Shown here: piece by piece, positions 49,901-58,916 of the stretch | Position numbering within the stretch: the first letter of the stretch is position 1 | Layout of the letters: each line of letters opens with the position of its first letter | Virus record (IMG/VR): IMGVR_UViG_3300025133_000032 | Source: a virus | Length of the DNA stretch: 64,000 nt | Direction: 5' to 3' (one strand) | Program-made: the position numbers and the translations under genes | Notes under the pieces: model-generated | What the model was told of the DNA's origin: nothing | Database searches by the model: none | The model's input: the letters and a program-made list of their open reading frames with translations, nothing else

Positions 49901-51397
49901 CTCATGATCGTAAGCATAGACATAAAAAGTATCATCAGCGCTATACTCTTCAGATAATTGTTTTATCGTTTTATACCCATCTAGTGTAGCTATCTGTGTA
50001 TCGCCCGCCAAACAATATTCCATTTCAGCGAAATCTGCGTACCGTGAGTTATGGCAAACTATTGAATTTGTTGCAAAATTCTCATGCCCGTCGACAGTCA
50101 TATCGTAAACCGGAATTTTTTTCCAAGGAGTAACAGAGACAACTTTATGATTTCTAAAATTATCTTTCTTAAATTGCTTCCATTTTAAATCTTTTTTATC
50201 AAGAAATCGTGTAAGTGTTGCGCCGCTAATATTTAGTTGATCTGATATTTTTAAGACTGTTGGTTTATCGATTCTCTTTCCAGTTTCAACTATTAAATCA
50301 ATTGTTAATTTAGCAGTTTCACTTTTTCTTGATCGGCCTTTCCAGTATTCTGCAAAATTTCTTGAAGATTTTATTCTACCCTCAGCCCATGCGTGCTTTA
50401 TTGTTTTTGAATGTTTATTTTTATTTTCTTCTACTTTATACCAATCGCTACGTGTTTTCGCACCCTTTGCAACACTCTCAGGATTATGCGATGGATTATT
50501 ATTTAACCAATGATTTCGGCGCATTTCACGAATTTTTGGTTGGCGATTAACATTAGCGACACCGGCTCGTCGAGAGCCATCATCTTCATCCCAAGCTTGC
50601 TGGATCCCTGCAATCATTTTTTCGCGATGGTCGATCCATTGTTGCTTTGTATCTTGGGCATGTAACTTTAGGTGCTCTTTAGCATCCATAATTAACAAGT
50701 TGTCTGGAGTGTTATTCTCAGAATCATAATCAATATGATGAATATGTTCCTCGCCTTTCTTTACTTTTCTTTTTGTGCTCCACTCTGCAATTAATTTATG
50801 CTCAGATATCCACCCATTCCAACCAGATGGATCCATTGTATAAATGTTTTTATAACCGGTGAATTGTTTACCATCTTTTGATGTTCCATTAAACTGCTTA
50901 CGATAGAAAGGCATCATTGAGTCACCAGCTTTTAAACTGCCAGCGTCTTGATACTCCCCGCTACGTGTCATACAAGGATGATCAGGCGTACATATAAGCT
51001 CTGTGTCATCGTCAAATTTAATTTTTACAGTGTCTTTTATACCTGACTGTCTTGGATGATGCGCGTAAGCTGGAACTATCTGTTTTTTCTCATGATCATA
51101 TGAATAAACAATAAACTTTTCATCTTTAGGATATCGCTTAGCTAATTCTGCAATCGACACAAATCCCTCTTTTCCAGGAACTGGTATAAGTGTATGTCCC
51201 GCTAGACACTGTCGATCATATTGCCCATATGCATTTAATGCATTACTATATACTTGGCTGTATGATTTTTTAAATGCGGTTACCGCACTCGTTGCAGTTG
51301 GTTGTCTAAAAGAACGAACTTTTTTCTTTAATACCGGGCCGCCACGAAAAAGTTGCGTTAGCCTTTTGAATAAATCATCTCGTCGATTTTCTGCCAT
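46997..51397 (-). CDS. Portal protein (T4 gp20-like) containing two inteins
   Basis: RNLCKYGD, IEDAMLVYRVVRSPERRVFYIDVG, EDYFIPVRG and TLAGG motifs; about 708 aa after splicing. Confidence 0.93.
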   Translation of the reverse strand: MAENRRDDLFKRLTQLFRGGPVLKKKVRSFRQPTATSAVTAFKKSYSQVYSNALNAYGQYDRQCLAGHTLIPVPGKEGFVSIAELAKRYPKDEKFIVYSYDHEKKQIVPAYAHHPRQSGIKDTVKIKFDDDTELICTPDHPCMTRSGEYQDAGSLKAGDSMMPFYRKQFNGTSKDGKQFTGYKNIYTMDPSGWNGWISEHKLIAEWSTKRKVKKGEEHIHHIDYDSENNTPDNLLIMDAKEHLKLHAQDTKQQWIDHREKMIAGIQQAWDEDDGSRRAGVANVNRQPKIREMRRNHWLNNNPSHNPESVAKGAKTRSDWYKVEENKNKHSKTIKHAWAEGRIKSSRNFAEYWKGRSRKSETAKLTIDLIVETGKRIDKPTVLKISDQLNISGATLTRFLDKKDLKWKQFKKDNFRNHKVVSVTPWKKIPVYDMTVDGHENFATNSIVCHNSRYADFAEMEYCLAGDTQIATLDGYKTIKQLSEEYSADDTFYVYAYDHEKKSIVPALGKHARQTRFDHAWKVTFNSGKEIIGTANHRLMKRDGTFCRIDGLSAGDSMMPFYRKSWYGEGKGTDSGTDYRFIYTIANGWQREHKVVAEWASNRQLKEGEVVHHKNFTKFDNNPENLQIMTADEHNRYHRKILNGHKWSPDNQEWINKFKANHSKFMKENNPAERRDITFGKILEICENSEFNLYSLCSKLDTDPNVIKRRLRKNGFKNFETFAAAYSPGWKNNSWDNKGSKNPRYDSSLTFQSVCDTYEDGMQLSLLCEKLDTTAAKVKNRLKNNGYKNFTDFRENYANHKVVSVEYYGEIPLYDLTVDGYKNFATDTVISHNTPEICSALDIFSEETTAVNEKDSSLHIFSENPKIKQLLDELFLDIINVDHNLTAWTRNLCKYGDMFLFNDVHPELGVVNVFPMPVNEVEREEGYDPEEPLAVRFRWVTQGNQILDAWQVSHFRMVGNDAFLPYGSSVLESARRIWRQLILIEDAMLVYRVVRSPERRVFYIDVGTVPTEDIPNYMEAAQTKLKRSQVVDKSSGRVDLRYNPLSVDEDYFIPVRGGETGTKIDTLAGGQHVSDIADVEYIQRKLFSALKVPKAYLGYDESLSSKATLAQEDIRFSRTISKIQRVLISELEKIAQIHLYTHGYEGEDLSDFSLMLSNPSTVAQQQKLELFRTKFEIAGSIPEGLLDRSYIQKEVLSLSDDEIELIEKGRFKDRVLDLKLESEELEDNSPMGGGGGGALGGGGLGGGYEGEDGDGDLPDGLAGDDGGGGEDLDIDDDSGDSGAGEEDLFAGEDHGKRLIVSDDDPNDDEDISLHQALMDDGSEDDDKPRKRKKSVKQSDQLSRYGYNRKRRRTHGPTKTHMPDFSSIVKPDGDPNDLKFFRGSPFSGSLSDAILNDDSLLLAENKTSNMSYEMRVILTSLGKHIDSIKKEMKMPREMLTEYLNVDDIVINDPIFEIDLSDFENESDS
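48902..50014 (-). mobile_element. Intein 2 in portal (371 aa, HNH endonuclease)
   Basis: Starts CLAGDT; block B GTANHR; VVHHKNFTKFDNNPENL; ends LYDLTVDGYKNFATDTVISHN/T. Confidence 0.9.
50048..51208 (-). mobile_element. Intein 1 in portal (387 aa, HNH endonuclease)
   Basis: Starts CLAGHT; block B CTPDHP; HIHHIDYDSENNTPDNL; ends VYDMTVDGHENFATNSIVCHN/S. Confidence 0.9.
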
Positions 51398-51447
51398 TAC
51401 ATCTTACCTTACACAAAAACTTGAAAATGTGAACACTCGAAGCTTAT

Positions 51448-53076
51448 TCAAAACAGCCAATCCATATTAGCAGCGGGGTTTGTGTTCTTTTTCCGCTTTT
51501 TGTTCGCTTCGATACCAGTCCCACCAGCGTATGGTACCATCCCTGTCCAGGAAGGTAGTACTTCATTACCATTATTGCTTAAATTTTCGAAATCATTGTG
51601 TGACATACCAAACCCGCCCAACATAGCAGAATTTAGTTTCGTTGCAAAGTGGCTATGTGTTCCAGACACATCAAATAAATATAGTCCAATAGCTAAAGCC
51701 ATCACTAAGTCGTCATTGCAACTTTTTTGTGCCTGGGGTTTGCGACCCTTCATAATGAATGTTTTGAACTCATCATATAATCGCGAAGAATACGTTTTGA
51801 ACACCCTATTGCGGATAACTTCTTCCAACTTTGTTAAAACATTCTCTCGTGACCCTTTTTGCATGTCAAACCCAGCATTCGAAACTGAATTTGGTTGCAC
51901 ATAGTCACCTACAGGTGCGTGTTTTTTGTTTTCGTAGTATATATTCGTGTACCCAATATAATCTATTAGATGGATTAGAACATGGTTACCGTATGTGTTC
52001 TTCTCTGGTGCAATCAGCGCGTTATTATATTTTATTGCATACTCAGCAAGCAGATTTGCGAACTTATCTGGTCTTATTTTGCCGCGATATTCTGCAACTT
52101 GCTCTGCCAATGTTGTATTGATAACATGAAAAGTAGAATAGTCATTACTATCACCACGTCCGACGTCTGCGGAGATAATATACTTGACGTCATCGTCGAT
52201 TATCGGCTCTTTCCAGACCCAAACATTTCTTTCTGGCCCTTCACGCCTAATAGGGTCAATGATATTTTGGCTTACCCATTCTATATCACTAGCCTCTAAG
52301 TATGTATCACCAGAAGCACCAAAGTCGCACAAAAGTTCTTGAGCGACGCCTTTTTTTGACAGTTTTGTACATTCGTTCTCAAACCATGCTTGATCACGTT
52401 CTGGGTGTACGTCCCAAGGCAGCAAAATTGGGAAGAATTCGCTTGTTCCGTCTTGTGCATCCTTCCATAACGTGTGAAACTGGTTACCAACACCCTTTGG
52501 GGTCGAAATAATTATAGCCCGACCACCCGTTGATAATGTAGAGTTCAAACCCGTCCATAATTCATCAAAATTGTTGATATGGGCTGCTTCGTCAATGATC
52601 AACAAAGATAGAGCTTCTGATCGACCAGCATCGGGAGCAGTCGGGATAGCTTCAACTCTTGAATTCGAGGGCGCACCAAAAATAAGTGATTGCTTATTAT
52701 CTTCAACGATCTTAGGTAAAACAAGCCACTTAGGGAGGCTATTAACGACATGTTTTACTTTACGGATCAATCCCATTGCCGTCTTTAACTTCGTAGCCAT
52801 CACCAATACTTCTTTATTTCTGTGAAATATTAGTAACCAAGCAGCATATGCAGTGGCGAGAGTCGTTAGACCAAGCTGGCGTGATTTATTTACGATCACA
52901 TACCTATTAGAAACGAATGCTTTAAGACAGTCATCCTGAAATGGAAATGTCTTGAATATGACTGGTCCTTTTACTGGGTGAGGAATTTTTGCGTAAGTAT
53001 TAAGGAAATAATGCGGATCTCTTGCGCACCGACGGATTTCATCAGTTTGCATCTTTTTACTTACTGATAATGACAT
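51448..53076 (-). CDS. terL: Terminase large subunit (T4 gp17-like)
   Basis: KSRQLGLTT (Walker A), LIIDEAAH (Walker B), ISTPKG, ISADVGRG and NDDLVMALA. Confidence 0.95.
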   Translation of the reverse strand: MSLSVSKKMQTDEIRRCARDPHYFLNTYAKIPHPVKGPVIFKTFPFQDDCLKAFVSNRYVIVNKSRQLGLTTLATAYAAWLLIFHRNKEVLVMATKLKTAMGLIRKVKHVVNSLPKWLVLPKIVEDNKQSLIFGAPSNSRVEAIPTAPDAGRSEALSLLIIDEAAHINNFDELWTGLNSTLSTGGRAIIISTPKGVGNQFHTLWKDAQDGTSEFFPILLPWDVHPERDQAWFENECTKLSKKGVAQELLCDFGASGDTYLEASDIEWVSQNIIDPIRREGPERNVWVWKEPIIDDDVKYIISADVGRGDSNDYSTFHVINTTLAEQVAEYRGKIRPDKFANLLAEYAIKYNNALIAPEKNTYGNHVLIHLIDYIGYTNIYYENKKHAPVGDYVQPNSVSNAGFDMQKGSRENVLTKLEEVIRNRVFKTYSSRLYDEFKTFIMKGRKPQAQKSCNDDLVMALAIGLYLFDVSGTHSHFATKLNSAMLGGFGMSHNDFENLSNNGNEVLPSWTGMVPYAGGTGIEANKKRKKNTNPAANMDWLF

Positions 53077-53082
53077 ATTGAC

Positions 53083-53538
53083 CTACGAGATTCCGTATAC
53101 TGCCGTAACTCTGTAGTATGCTCGCTTGTGTGCTAGTGGAGTAACCTGTGTATAAGGACTAAGTGAGCTTCCTGTTTGCAGCATTTCAATAGAGTCTGTA
53201 ATTGCGGAATCTTTGACTTTAAGTATCTTCTTTTGACATGCACGATACTCTTTCTTAATTGACTTCACCTTATCGTCCATCAGCTTTTTTGCTTGAGCCA
53301 TGAACTTTGTTCTTTGGACGTGAGATTCTTCTGCAGTCCTAAATGTTATTACGGTGACGTACTTTACAATGAGCTTTAAGTCTTTTCCCTCTTCATATTG
53401 TACTGCTCCCTGCAAATTACATTTTATAGAGTGCTGGGGTGACGTTCTGAGTGGGTAACCCGTTCCGTCTGCCGATGAAGCTCCCCAGTCAGTATTAATG
53501 ATTTGTCCGATAGTGTTTATCTCTTCAGTTGATAGCAT
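53083..53538 (-). CDS. Hypothetical protein upstream of terminase
   Basis: GAGG Shine-Dalgarno and ATAATTAA upstream; heads the packaging operon. Confidence 0.65.
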   Translation of the reverse strand: MLSTEEINTIGQIINTDWGASSADGTGYPLRTSPQHSIKCNLQGAVQYEEGKDLKLIVKYVTVITFRTAEESHVQRTKFMAQAKKLMDDKVKSIKKEYRACQKKILKVKDSAITDSIEMLQTGSSLSPYTQVTPLAHKRAYYRVTAVYGIS

Positions 53539-53588
53539 CTTATAACCTCACGCAAATATCTAACATTAATTATGGTCCATGGACTTAA

Positions 53589-53930
53589 TTAGACACTTAA
53601 CTTTATTACCTTCTTTCTAATTTGTCTTTTTTTATTTTCGGCGTGGACCTGTTGCTGTGATGGTCGCCAACCCTCTTGCCAATCTTTTTGGTGTGTATCA
53701 TACCATTTTAATGAGCACAAAAAACAGCATTCATTACTGTCATAGCTTATGACGTCGTCACCCATAAGCATAGCATGACCACAAACACCACAGAATAGCG
53801 GCATTGGAGCAGTAGAGTTTTTAGATTTAATTATACTAAATCCAAGCTGATGATGAAATATCAGCCTAGAATCATCGAGTGATTCCCAGTTATTACACAT
53901 ATAAGTATAATAACTGGAAACACCCAACAA
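53589..53930 (-). CDS. Small Cys-rich (Zn-binding) hypothetical protein
   Basis: CGVC...CCFLC...WQEGWRP; start may be the downstream ATG (MCNNW). Confidence 0.6.
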   Translation of the reverse strand: MLGVSSYYTYMCNNWESLDDSRLIFHHQLGFSIIKSKNSTAPMPLFCGVCGHAMLMGDDVISYDSNECCFLCSLKWYDTHQKDWQEGWRPSQQQVHAENKKRQIRKKVIKLSV

Positions 53931-53935
53931 ATAAA

Positions 53936-56515
53936 CTAATCGCAGATAACTAGTGAGTCCTTTGTATTTTCTGGTCGCGTAATCTCGATTAAGTTGTCAG
54001 TAATATCTTTCACGCCGTCGATATGCGAAATAACTAAAATGTTCTTATACCAGCGCTTCAAAGAAGCTAGCATTCTGTTACATGCTTCGATGCTAGATTC
54101 ATCCAAAGTACCGAACCCTTCATCTATTATTAGGAAATCTGGTCGGGGCAGCGATGACGCATTTTGTAAAGCGACCCTAATAGCTAGTGATGAAATCATC
54201 TTTTCCATTCCGGAACCTAACTCTATTAATCGCTTTGAGTCGCCATAATCTATATAGATGTTTGTCCTATCGTCACCCTCATCTTTCTCGAATCGTAATG
54301 TAAAGTTCACAATCCCTTGTAGCGTTTTTTGAATCTCTGAATTTATCACTGGTAACTGAGATTCTATTATCTGTGTGGGTATCCCTTTTTTTGACGTCGC
54401 TAGCGTAAACATTTCGAACAGCTTCCACTTTGTTCGAATACCTTTATACTCGTCACGCTCTTTTGTAAGCCTTTCTATTTCATTTTTTAAACTTCCCTGC
54501 TCTGATGCTACTAATATCCTGTTTTTGTCTATTTGGTTTACTTTCGTTTGCAGGGTGCCTATTTCTGTTTTGATGTTATCCGTCTTGTCATCAGTAGTAT
54601 CAACAACCCTGAGCGTATAGTCAGATAGTGTGTACTCCGCATTAGCAATATTTTTTTGCATATCTGCAATATCACGTTCAGTGCTGTCCAATGATGCTTT
54701 AGATTTTGCAATCTCTGTATCAAGCTTTATCTTTTTCTTGACAAGCATGCCATGCTCTTTTATCTTACTCTCCACTGATTCCAGCTCTAGGGACGTTAAA
54801 GCCTTCTCTGACTCTTCTACGTCCTTCATTAAAGCAGCAACTTTCGATTCCTGTGTAATGACCAATGCTTTATCTCTATGTGAGTCCTTAATATACTTAC
54901 ACCCAGGAAATTTATCATCACATGGAACATCTGCTAGTTTTAAAACAGACTTTCTTTGCAGTTTGAGTCTATCGTAAGCTTTTTCGTGTTCATGTTTTAA
55001 AGCCAATGTCGCACGCTTCAGATTATGTATACTCTGTGCTTTTTCATTTAGCTCGTTAATTGAAATTTCACTAAGCAACATCTCTGTATTAGACAACAGC
55101 TCTTTGTTACTCTTCATGCTAGCGTAGACTTGCTCCTTTACACTCATGTCAGACTTCAAGTTGTTTAAAAGTTGCGCTAACTTCTTTTTTTGGCGTTCAA
55201 CATCACCCGGCGTGATTTGTGTAGCATGTTTTGATGTTGCAAGTTTGACCTTTAGAACATCTAGCTCTTCTCTGTAAGCACTTAGACTCTTCTCTGCCGT
55301 ACTTAATATACCACCATACTGGAGTATTTTGTCTTTATGCTGTGCAATCGTGCTATCCCAATCAACATCAGGAGCATTTTTTACCTGAGCCTTGATCAAG
55401 CTTGAATCTTCTTTCACATATGCATTGATCTTATCAAATATAACAACATCTAAGAGTCTAGAGATTATTTGGTCACGTGTTGTAGTACCAGCATCGATGA
55501 ACTTATTCATACCATCTTGTGATGCTAATGCAGTCATCATAAAATCTTCTGGTGAACCGATAAGCTTCCTTATCTCTTTCTCCGTATCTTTTCTTTGCTC
55601 TCCGTTAAGTTCTTTCTTCACAGTTCCGTCATCATTTAAAAGATCAAAGTTTAAGCTTGTTATTGCATGTTTGTGCCCAGCTTTTGTTTCATTTCTTACC
55701 GACTGTCTAGAAACACGATAATCTTTGCCATTCACTGTGATTACAACAGTAGAGACGCAATGATTATACCTGATGTTTATCATGTGAAGGTTTTTTATTG
55801 ACCCTCTGTCTGATTGGTTAAACAACGCAAAGAGTAGCGTTCCTAATAATGATGATTTGCCTATTCTATTTGCTCCAAAAATGCCTGTTATGCCACGTAA
55901 GTTCTTAAAATTTACTCTATTTCCTGAGCCGTACCCGAATGTGTTATCGAATGTCATTTCTTTTAATGACCATCTAATACCACGAGCAGTCTGATCATCA
56001 ACCACAGCACGGGCAGTGTACTTTTTTATCATATCTCGTACCTCAACCCACTCTTTATCAGAGAACTCATCCTCCTTGAAAAATTCACGAAACAGCTTAA
56101 GCATAATGTCAGGATCACGAAGGTCTGTTTTTTGCAGAGATATATTCTGTGTATCAATGACGTTCGAGTCGACGATATGTTCATCTTTGAAAACGACCTC
56201 AGATGCACCTCTTACAGCCTTTATCTCATTCGTAAGCTGCTTAACTTCAGTCTGTGTGATCAGTGCATTTGATCTGACGCGGATTCGGGCCCCTTTTGGT
56301 ACATTATTTATCGCACTGACGGTATCTTTAATAGTCCCTTTCCAATCGATCGTCCAAAACTCTCTATCATGTTCAATTTTCTTGAATGTAACATCAAAAT
56401 CTTTTTTTGCTCTAATTTCCCATAGCAAATAGCCTTTCCCAGGCTCTTCGCCGTAAGATTGCATAATTGTTGATCCGCTATATCCGATATAGGGCTTTTT
56501 AATCTTTATTTTCAT
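53936..56515 (-). CDS. sbcC: SbcC/Rad50 (gp46-like) ATPase fused to the C-terminal part of SbcD
   Basis: GANRIGKSS, coiled coils with CDDKFPGC hook, GSGMEK and IIDEGFGTLD. N-terminus GYSGSTIMQSYGE..KG is the end of an Mre11 domain. Confidence 0.9.
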   Translation of the reverse strand: MKIKIKKPYIGYSGSTIMQSYGEEPGKGYLLWEIRAKKDFDVTFKKIEHDREFWTIDWKGTIKDTVSAINNVPKGARIRVRSNALITQTEVKQLTNEIKAVRGASEVVFKDEHIVDSNVIDTQNISLQKTDLRDPDIMLKLFREFFKEDEFSDKEWVEVRDMIKKYTARAVVDDQTARGIRWSLKEMTFDNTFGYGSGNRVNFKNLRGITGIFGANRIGKSSLLGTLLFALFNQSDRGSIKNLHMINIRYNHCVSTVVITVNGKDYRVSRQSVRNETKAGHKHAITSLNFDLLNDDGTVKKELNGEQRKDTEKEIRKLIGSPEDFMMTALASQDGMNKFIDAGTTTRDQIISRLLDVVIFDKINAYVKEDSSLIKAQVKNAPDVDWDSTIAQHKDKILQYGGILSTAEKSLSAYREELDVLKVKLATSKHATQITPGDVERQKKKLAQLLNNLKSDMSVKEQVYASMKSNKELLSNTEMLLSEISINELNEKAQSIHNLKRATLALKHEHEKAYDRLKLQRKSVLKLADVPCDDKFPGCKYIKDSHRDKALVITQESKVAALMKDVEESEKALTSLELESVESKIKEHGMLVKKKIKLDTEIAKSKASLDSTERDIADMQKNIANAEYTLSDYTLRVVDTTDDKTDNIKTEIGTLQTKVNQIDKNRILVASEQGSLKNEIERLTKERDEYKGIRTKWKLFEMFTLATSKKGIPTQIIESQLPVINSEIQKTLQGIVNFTLRFEKDEGDDRTNIYIDYGDSKRLIELGSGMEKMISSLAIRVALQNASSLPRPDFLIIDEGFGTLDESSIEACNRMLASLKRWYKNILVISHIDGVKDITDNLIEITRPENTKDSLVICD

Positions 56516-56522
56516 CTAATCT

Positions 56523-57170
56523 CTACGAAATGACTTCAGCATTAGGGTACTTGTGAAGATCTTCTTCGTCTATTTCAATCTCATATTCTCTGTAATCAAG
56601 AAATTGCTGACGGTGGATATCACCAAGCATAACATAATCATAATCTTTAAAAAAATCGACAGCTAATTCTGATTCAAGTTCCCAACCTGCATCAGTAACG
56701 CTACCTGTAACAGAACCATGAAATAACGCAATGTTTATTTCACCCTCTACAGGCTTTACTCTACTCCATCCTTCTTCATCAAAAACTGAAAATACGCACC
56801 AATTATAACCTGGGGCAAAATTATATGTTCCAGACTCTTTATACAGGAATATCCTGTCGTCATCTATTGCATTAATGATGGGTGATATTGCATCTTGCCT
56901 ATAAGAGTTTACCAGATTCCCATCATGATTCCCTAGAATTACGTGGACATCACAGATCTTGACCATCTCTTTGAACCACCAAGTAAGCTGATCAATCAGT
57001 TCTGGTGATATTCCTTGCGTTTTGTTATGAACGATATCGCCTGCTATCATGATGATATCAGGCTTTGTTACTTTTAGTTCTTCGAATAATTTTTCAAAAA
57101 CTCTTCTATACTCTTCGTGGCGTTGAAGGCCCCGCCAATGCACGTCACCAATGTGTACTATGCGACACAT
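56523..57170 (-). CDS. sbcD: SbcD/Mre11 (gp47-like) nuclease, N-terminal part
   Basis: HIGDVH, AGDIVH, LGNHD, LFHG and LGDIH metallophosphoesterase motifs. Confidence 0.88.
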   Translation of the reverse strand: MCRIVHIGDVHWRGLQRHEEYRRVFEKLFEELKVTKPDIIMIAGDIVHNKTQGISPELIDQLTWWFKEMVKICDVHVILGNHDGNLVNSYRQDAISPIINAIDDDRIFLYKESGTYNFAPGYNWCVFSVFDEEGWSRVKPVEGEINIALFHGSVTGSVTDAGWELESELAVDFFKDYDYVMLGDIHRQQFLDYREYEIEIDEEDLHKYPNAEVIS

Positions 57171-57267
57171 AGCTTATCCCCATGTATATCAAGAGCAAAT
57201 TCTTGTTTAATCATATATGATTATACATGTATATGGTAAATAGTGTTAATCAGGTAACAGACTCCAG

Positions 57268-58887
57268 TCAGGCACGTGAGGCGGCCCACTTGACATCTAT
57301 GTCTTCATCTTTCAAAAGTGCGAACAGAACATCATCTGGTGTGTTTTTATTGAGTCCTACACATGTCTTAACTGAACTATTGGGATCTTTCGCAAGTACC
57401 CTTAATATATCAGGTGATATATTGGGGTTATTCGCTAAACCCCACCTAACTCCTGCGGCTTTATCTTTTATAAGAGCTTTTAAGACATCACCCGGCGTGC
57501 GGTGGTTCATCGCCACCGCACGCCGGACATTTGCACCTGGGTCTTTTGAAAGTTCTCTTAAAGTCTCAGGGGGCATATTATTGGACGCAGCATTTTGCCT
57601 TGTCTGGTGATCGTTATCTTTTGCAAGCTCTTCCAGGGAGTCGGGAGGTGTATTTGGGTTTGATGCTATACCACGTTTAGTCTGTTTATCTTTACTTTTC
57701 ACAAGTTCTCTCAAAGTATCAACTGGTATATTTGGGTTAAGTAATGTATTGTACCGTGTAGTTTCATCAGGATCTTTCGCAAGCTCTTTTAAGGAATCAA
57801 CTGGTGTATTTGGGTTTGATGCTGCGCAATGCCTAACCGTTGCATCTTTATCTTTTGCAAGTTCTCTCAAAGTATCAACGTGTACGCTTGTATTATAAGC
57901 TACATCTTGTCGAATGCGGACATCTTTGCTTTTTGACATTTTTGAATAGTGGTGGTTATTTAAAACAATAATATAATCTTGAACGTCTTTTGTTGGCTTT
58001 AAGCCAGCAATATTCTTGAATTGATTTGTAGTTGCGACGAATGCGGGTGGTCTTAAGCCCTGAGCGAATTTTTTAAATCTTGGAACTGACGTTACTGCTT
58101 TCTTGATATCTCTTATTGCTGGGTGGACGTCATCGATTGCACGGCTCATTTCGATAGCCGCATGTATCTTGGGCCATTCATCACCAAAAGCTTCCTGGAA
58201 ATCAAACTGTTGATTATTTTGGTTAACAGTCATTTCATTCGGGTGTGATGGTTGTACCTCACCGCCGATTGTTCCGATTGACCACTTCTTATTTTCGTCA
58301 TGTTTATCAAGAACATAATAAAGTGATGTTGTACCTTCTAAAATATAGCTATAAAATAGATTCTCGCCCTTTGTTCTTGCAGTGCACCATGTTGTGCCCT
58401 TTCCGATTGCACAAGAAGCCTGGATGCTTCTTGGCATCAGAACAATAAAGTTGTCTGACTCATAAACTTTGTCAGCATCGCCAGATGCTGCCTTGAAGTC
58501 TATCTTAGAGTCATCAGGAAGCTCTTCAAGCTTCCTGTGTAAATCACCGGCCGTTCTATAACTATTAATGTCTGCGTCTTTTCCCTTTAGCTTCTGTCTG
58601 CTTTTGGCGCCATCAAAAGAAATAATGAGGGGCGAAATGTCTCTTAAAGGTTCTTGATTTGAACGTGAAACACGTTCAAGCCACATAAGATATTGTCTTA
58701 GTTTGGCTTGAGGTAGAGCTTGAAGTTTTTCTAAAACTTCATCCCACTCTTCTGGAGACCTGTTAGATTTTGCTTTGACATCATCAATCGCACCTTCTGA
58801 GAGTAATTGTCTGGCTAGGTCTTTTATGCGGGCCTCTACCAGCTGATTTGAAATTATTTCCCGGAGTTCTCTAATCGTGATGAGCAT
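57268..58887 (-). CDS. WCTA (PcfJ-like) domain plus 26-aa LRV/HEAT-like repeat protein, copy 2
   Basis: Leader, ASCAIGKGTTWCTA, about nine NPNTP..L.ELAKD....VR repeats. Confidence 0.8.
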   Translation of the reverse strand: MLITIRELREIISNQLVEARIKDLARQLLSEGAIDDVKAKSNRSPEEWDEVLEKLQALPQAKLRQYLMWLERVSRSNQEPLRDISPLIISFDGAKSRQKLKGKDADINSYRTAGDLHRKLEELPDDSKIDFKAASGDADKVYESDNFIVLMPRSIQASCAIGKGTTWCTARTKGENLFYSYILEGTTSLYYVLDKHDENKKWSIGTIGGEVQPSHPNEMTVNQNNQQFDFQEAFGDEWPKIHAAIEMSRAIDDVHPAIRDIKKAVTSVPRFKKFAQGLRPPAFVATTNQFKNIAGLKPTKDVQDYIIVLNNHHYSKMSKSKDVRIRQDVAYNTSVHVDTLRELAKDKDATVRHCAASNPNTPVDSLKELAKDPDETTRYNTLLNPNIPVDTLRELVKSKDKQTKRGIASNPNTPPDSLEELAKDNDHQTRQNAASNNMPPETLRELSKDPGANVRRAVAMNHRTPGDVLKALIKDKAAGVRWGLANNPNISPDILRVLAKDPNSSVKTCVGLNKNTPDDVLFALLKDEDIDVKWAASRA

Positions 58888-58916
58888 ATACGATAACTAT
58901 TGCACACACACACGAA

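Noticed and set aside
53083-53538. Small terminase call
   Set aside because: Only the position supports it; no recognisable motif.
56440-56620. Split intein at the SbcD break (MKIKIKK resembles IntC starts)
   Set aside because: No N-terminal Cys/Ser intein block, no TxxH, no terminal HN, and the tails are far too short.
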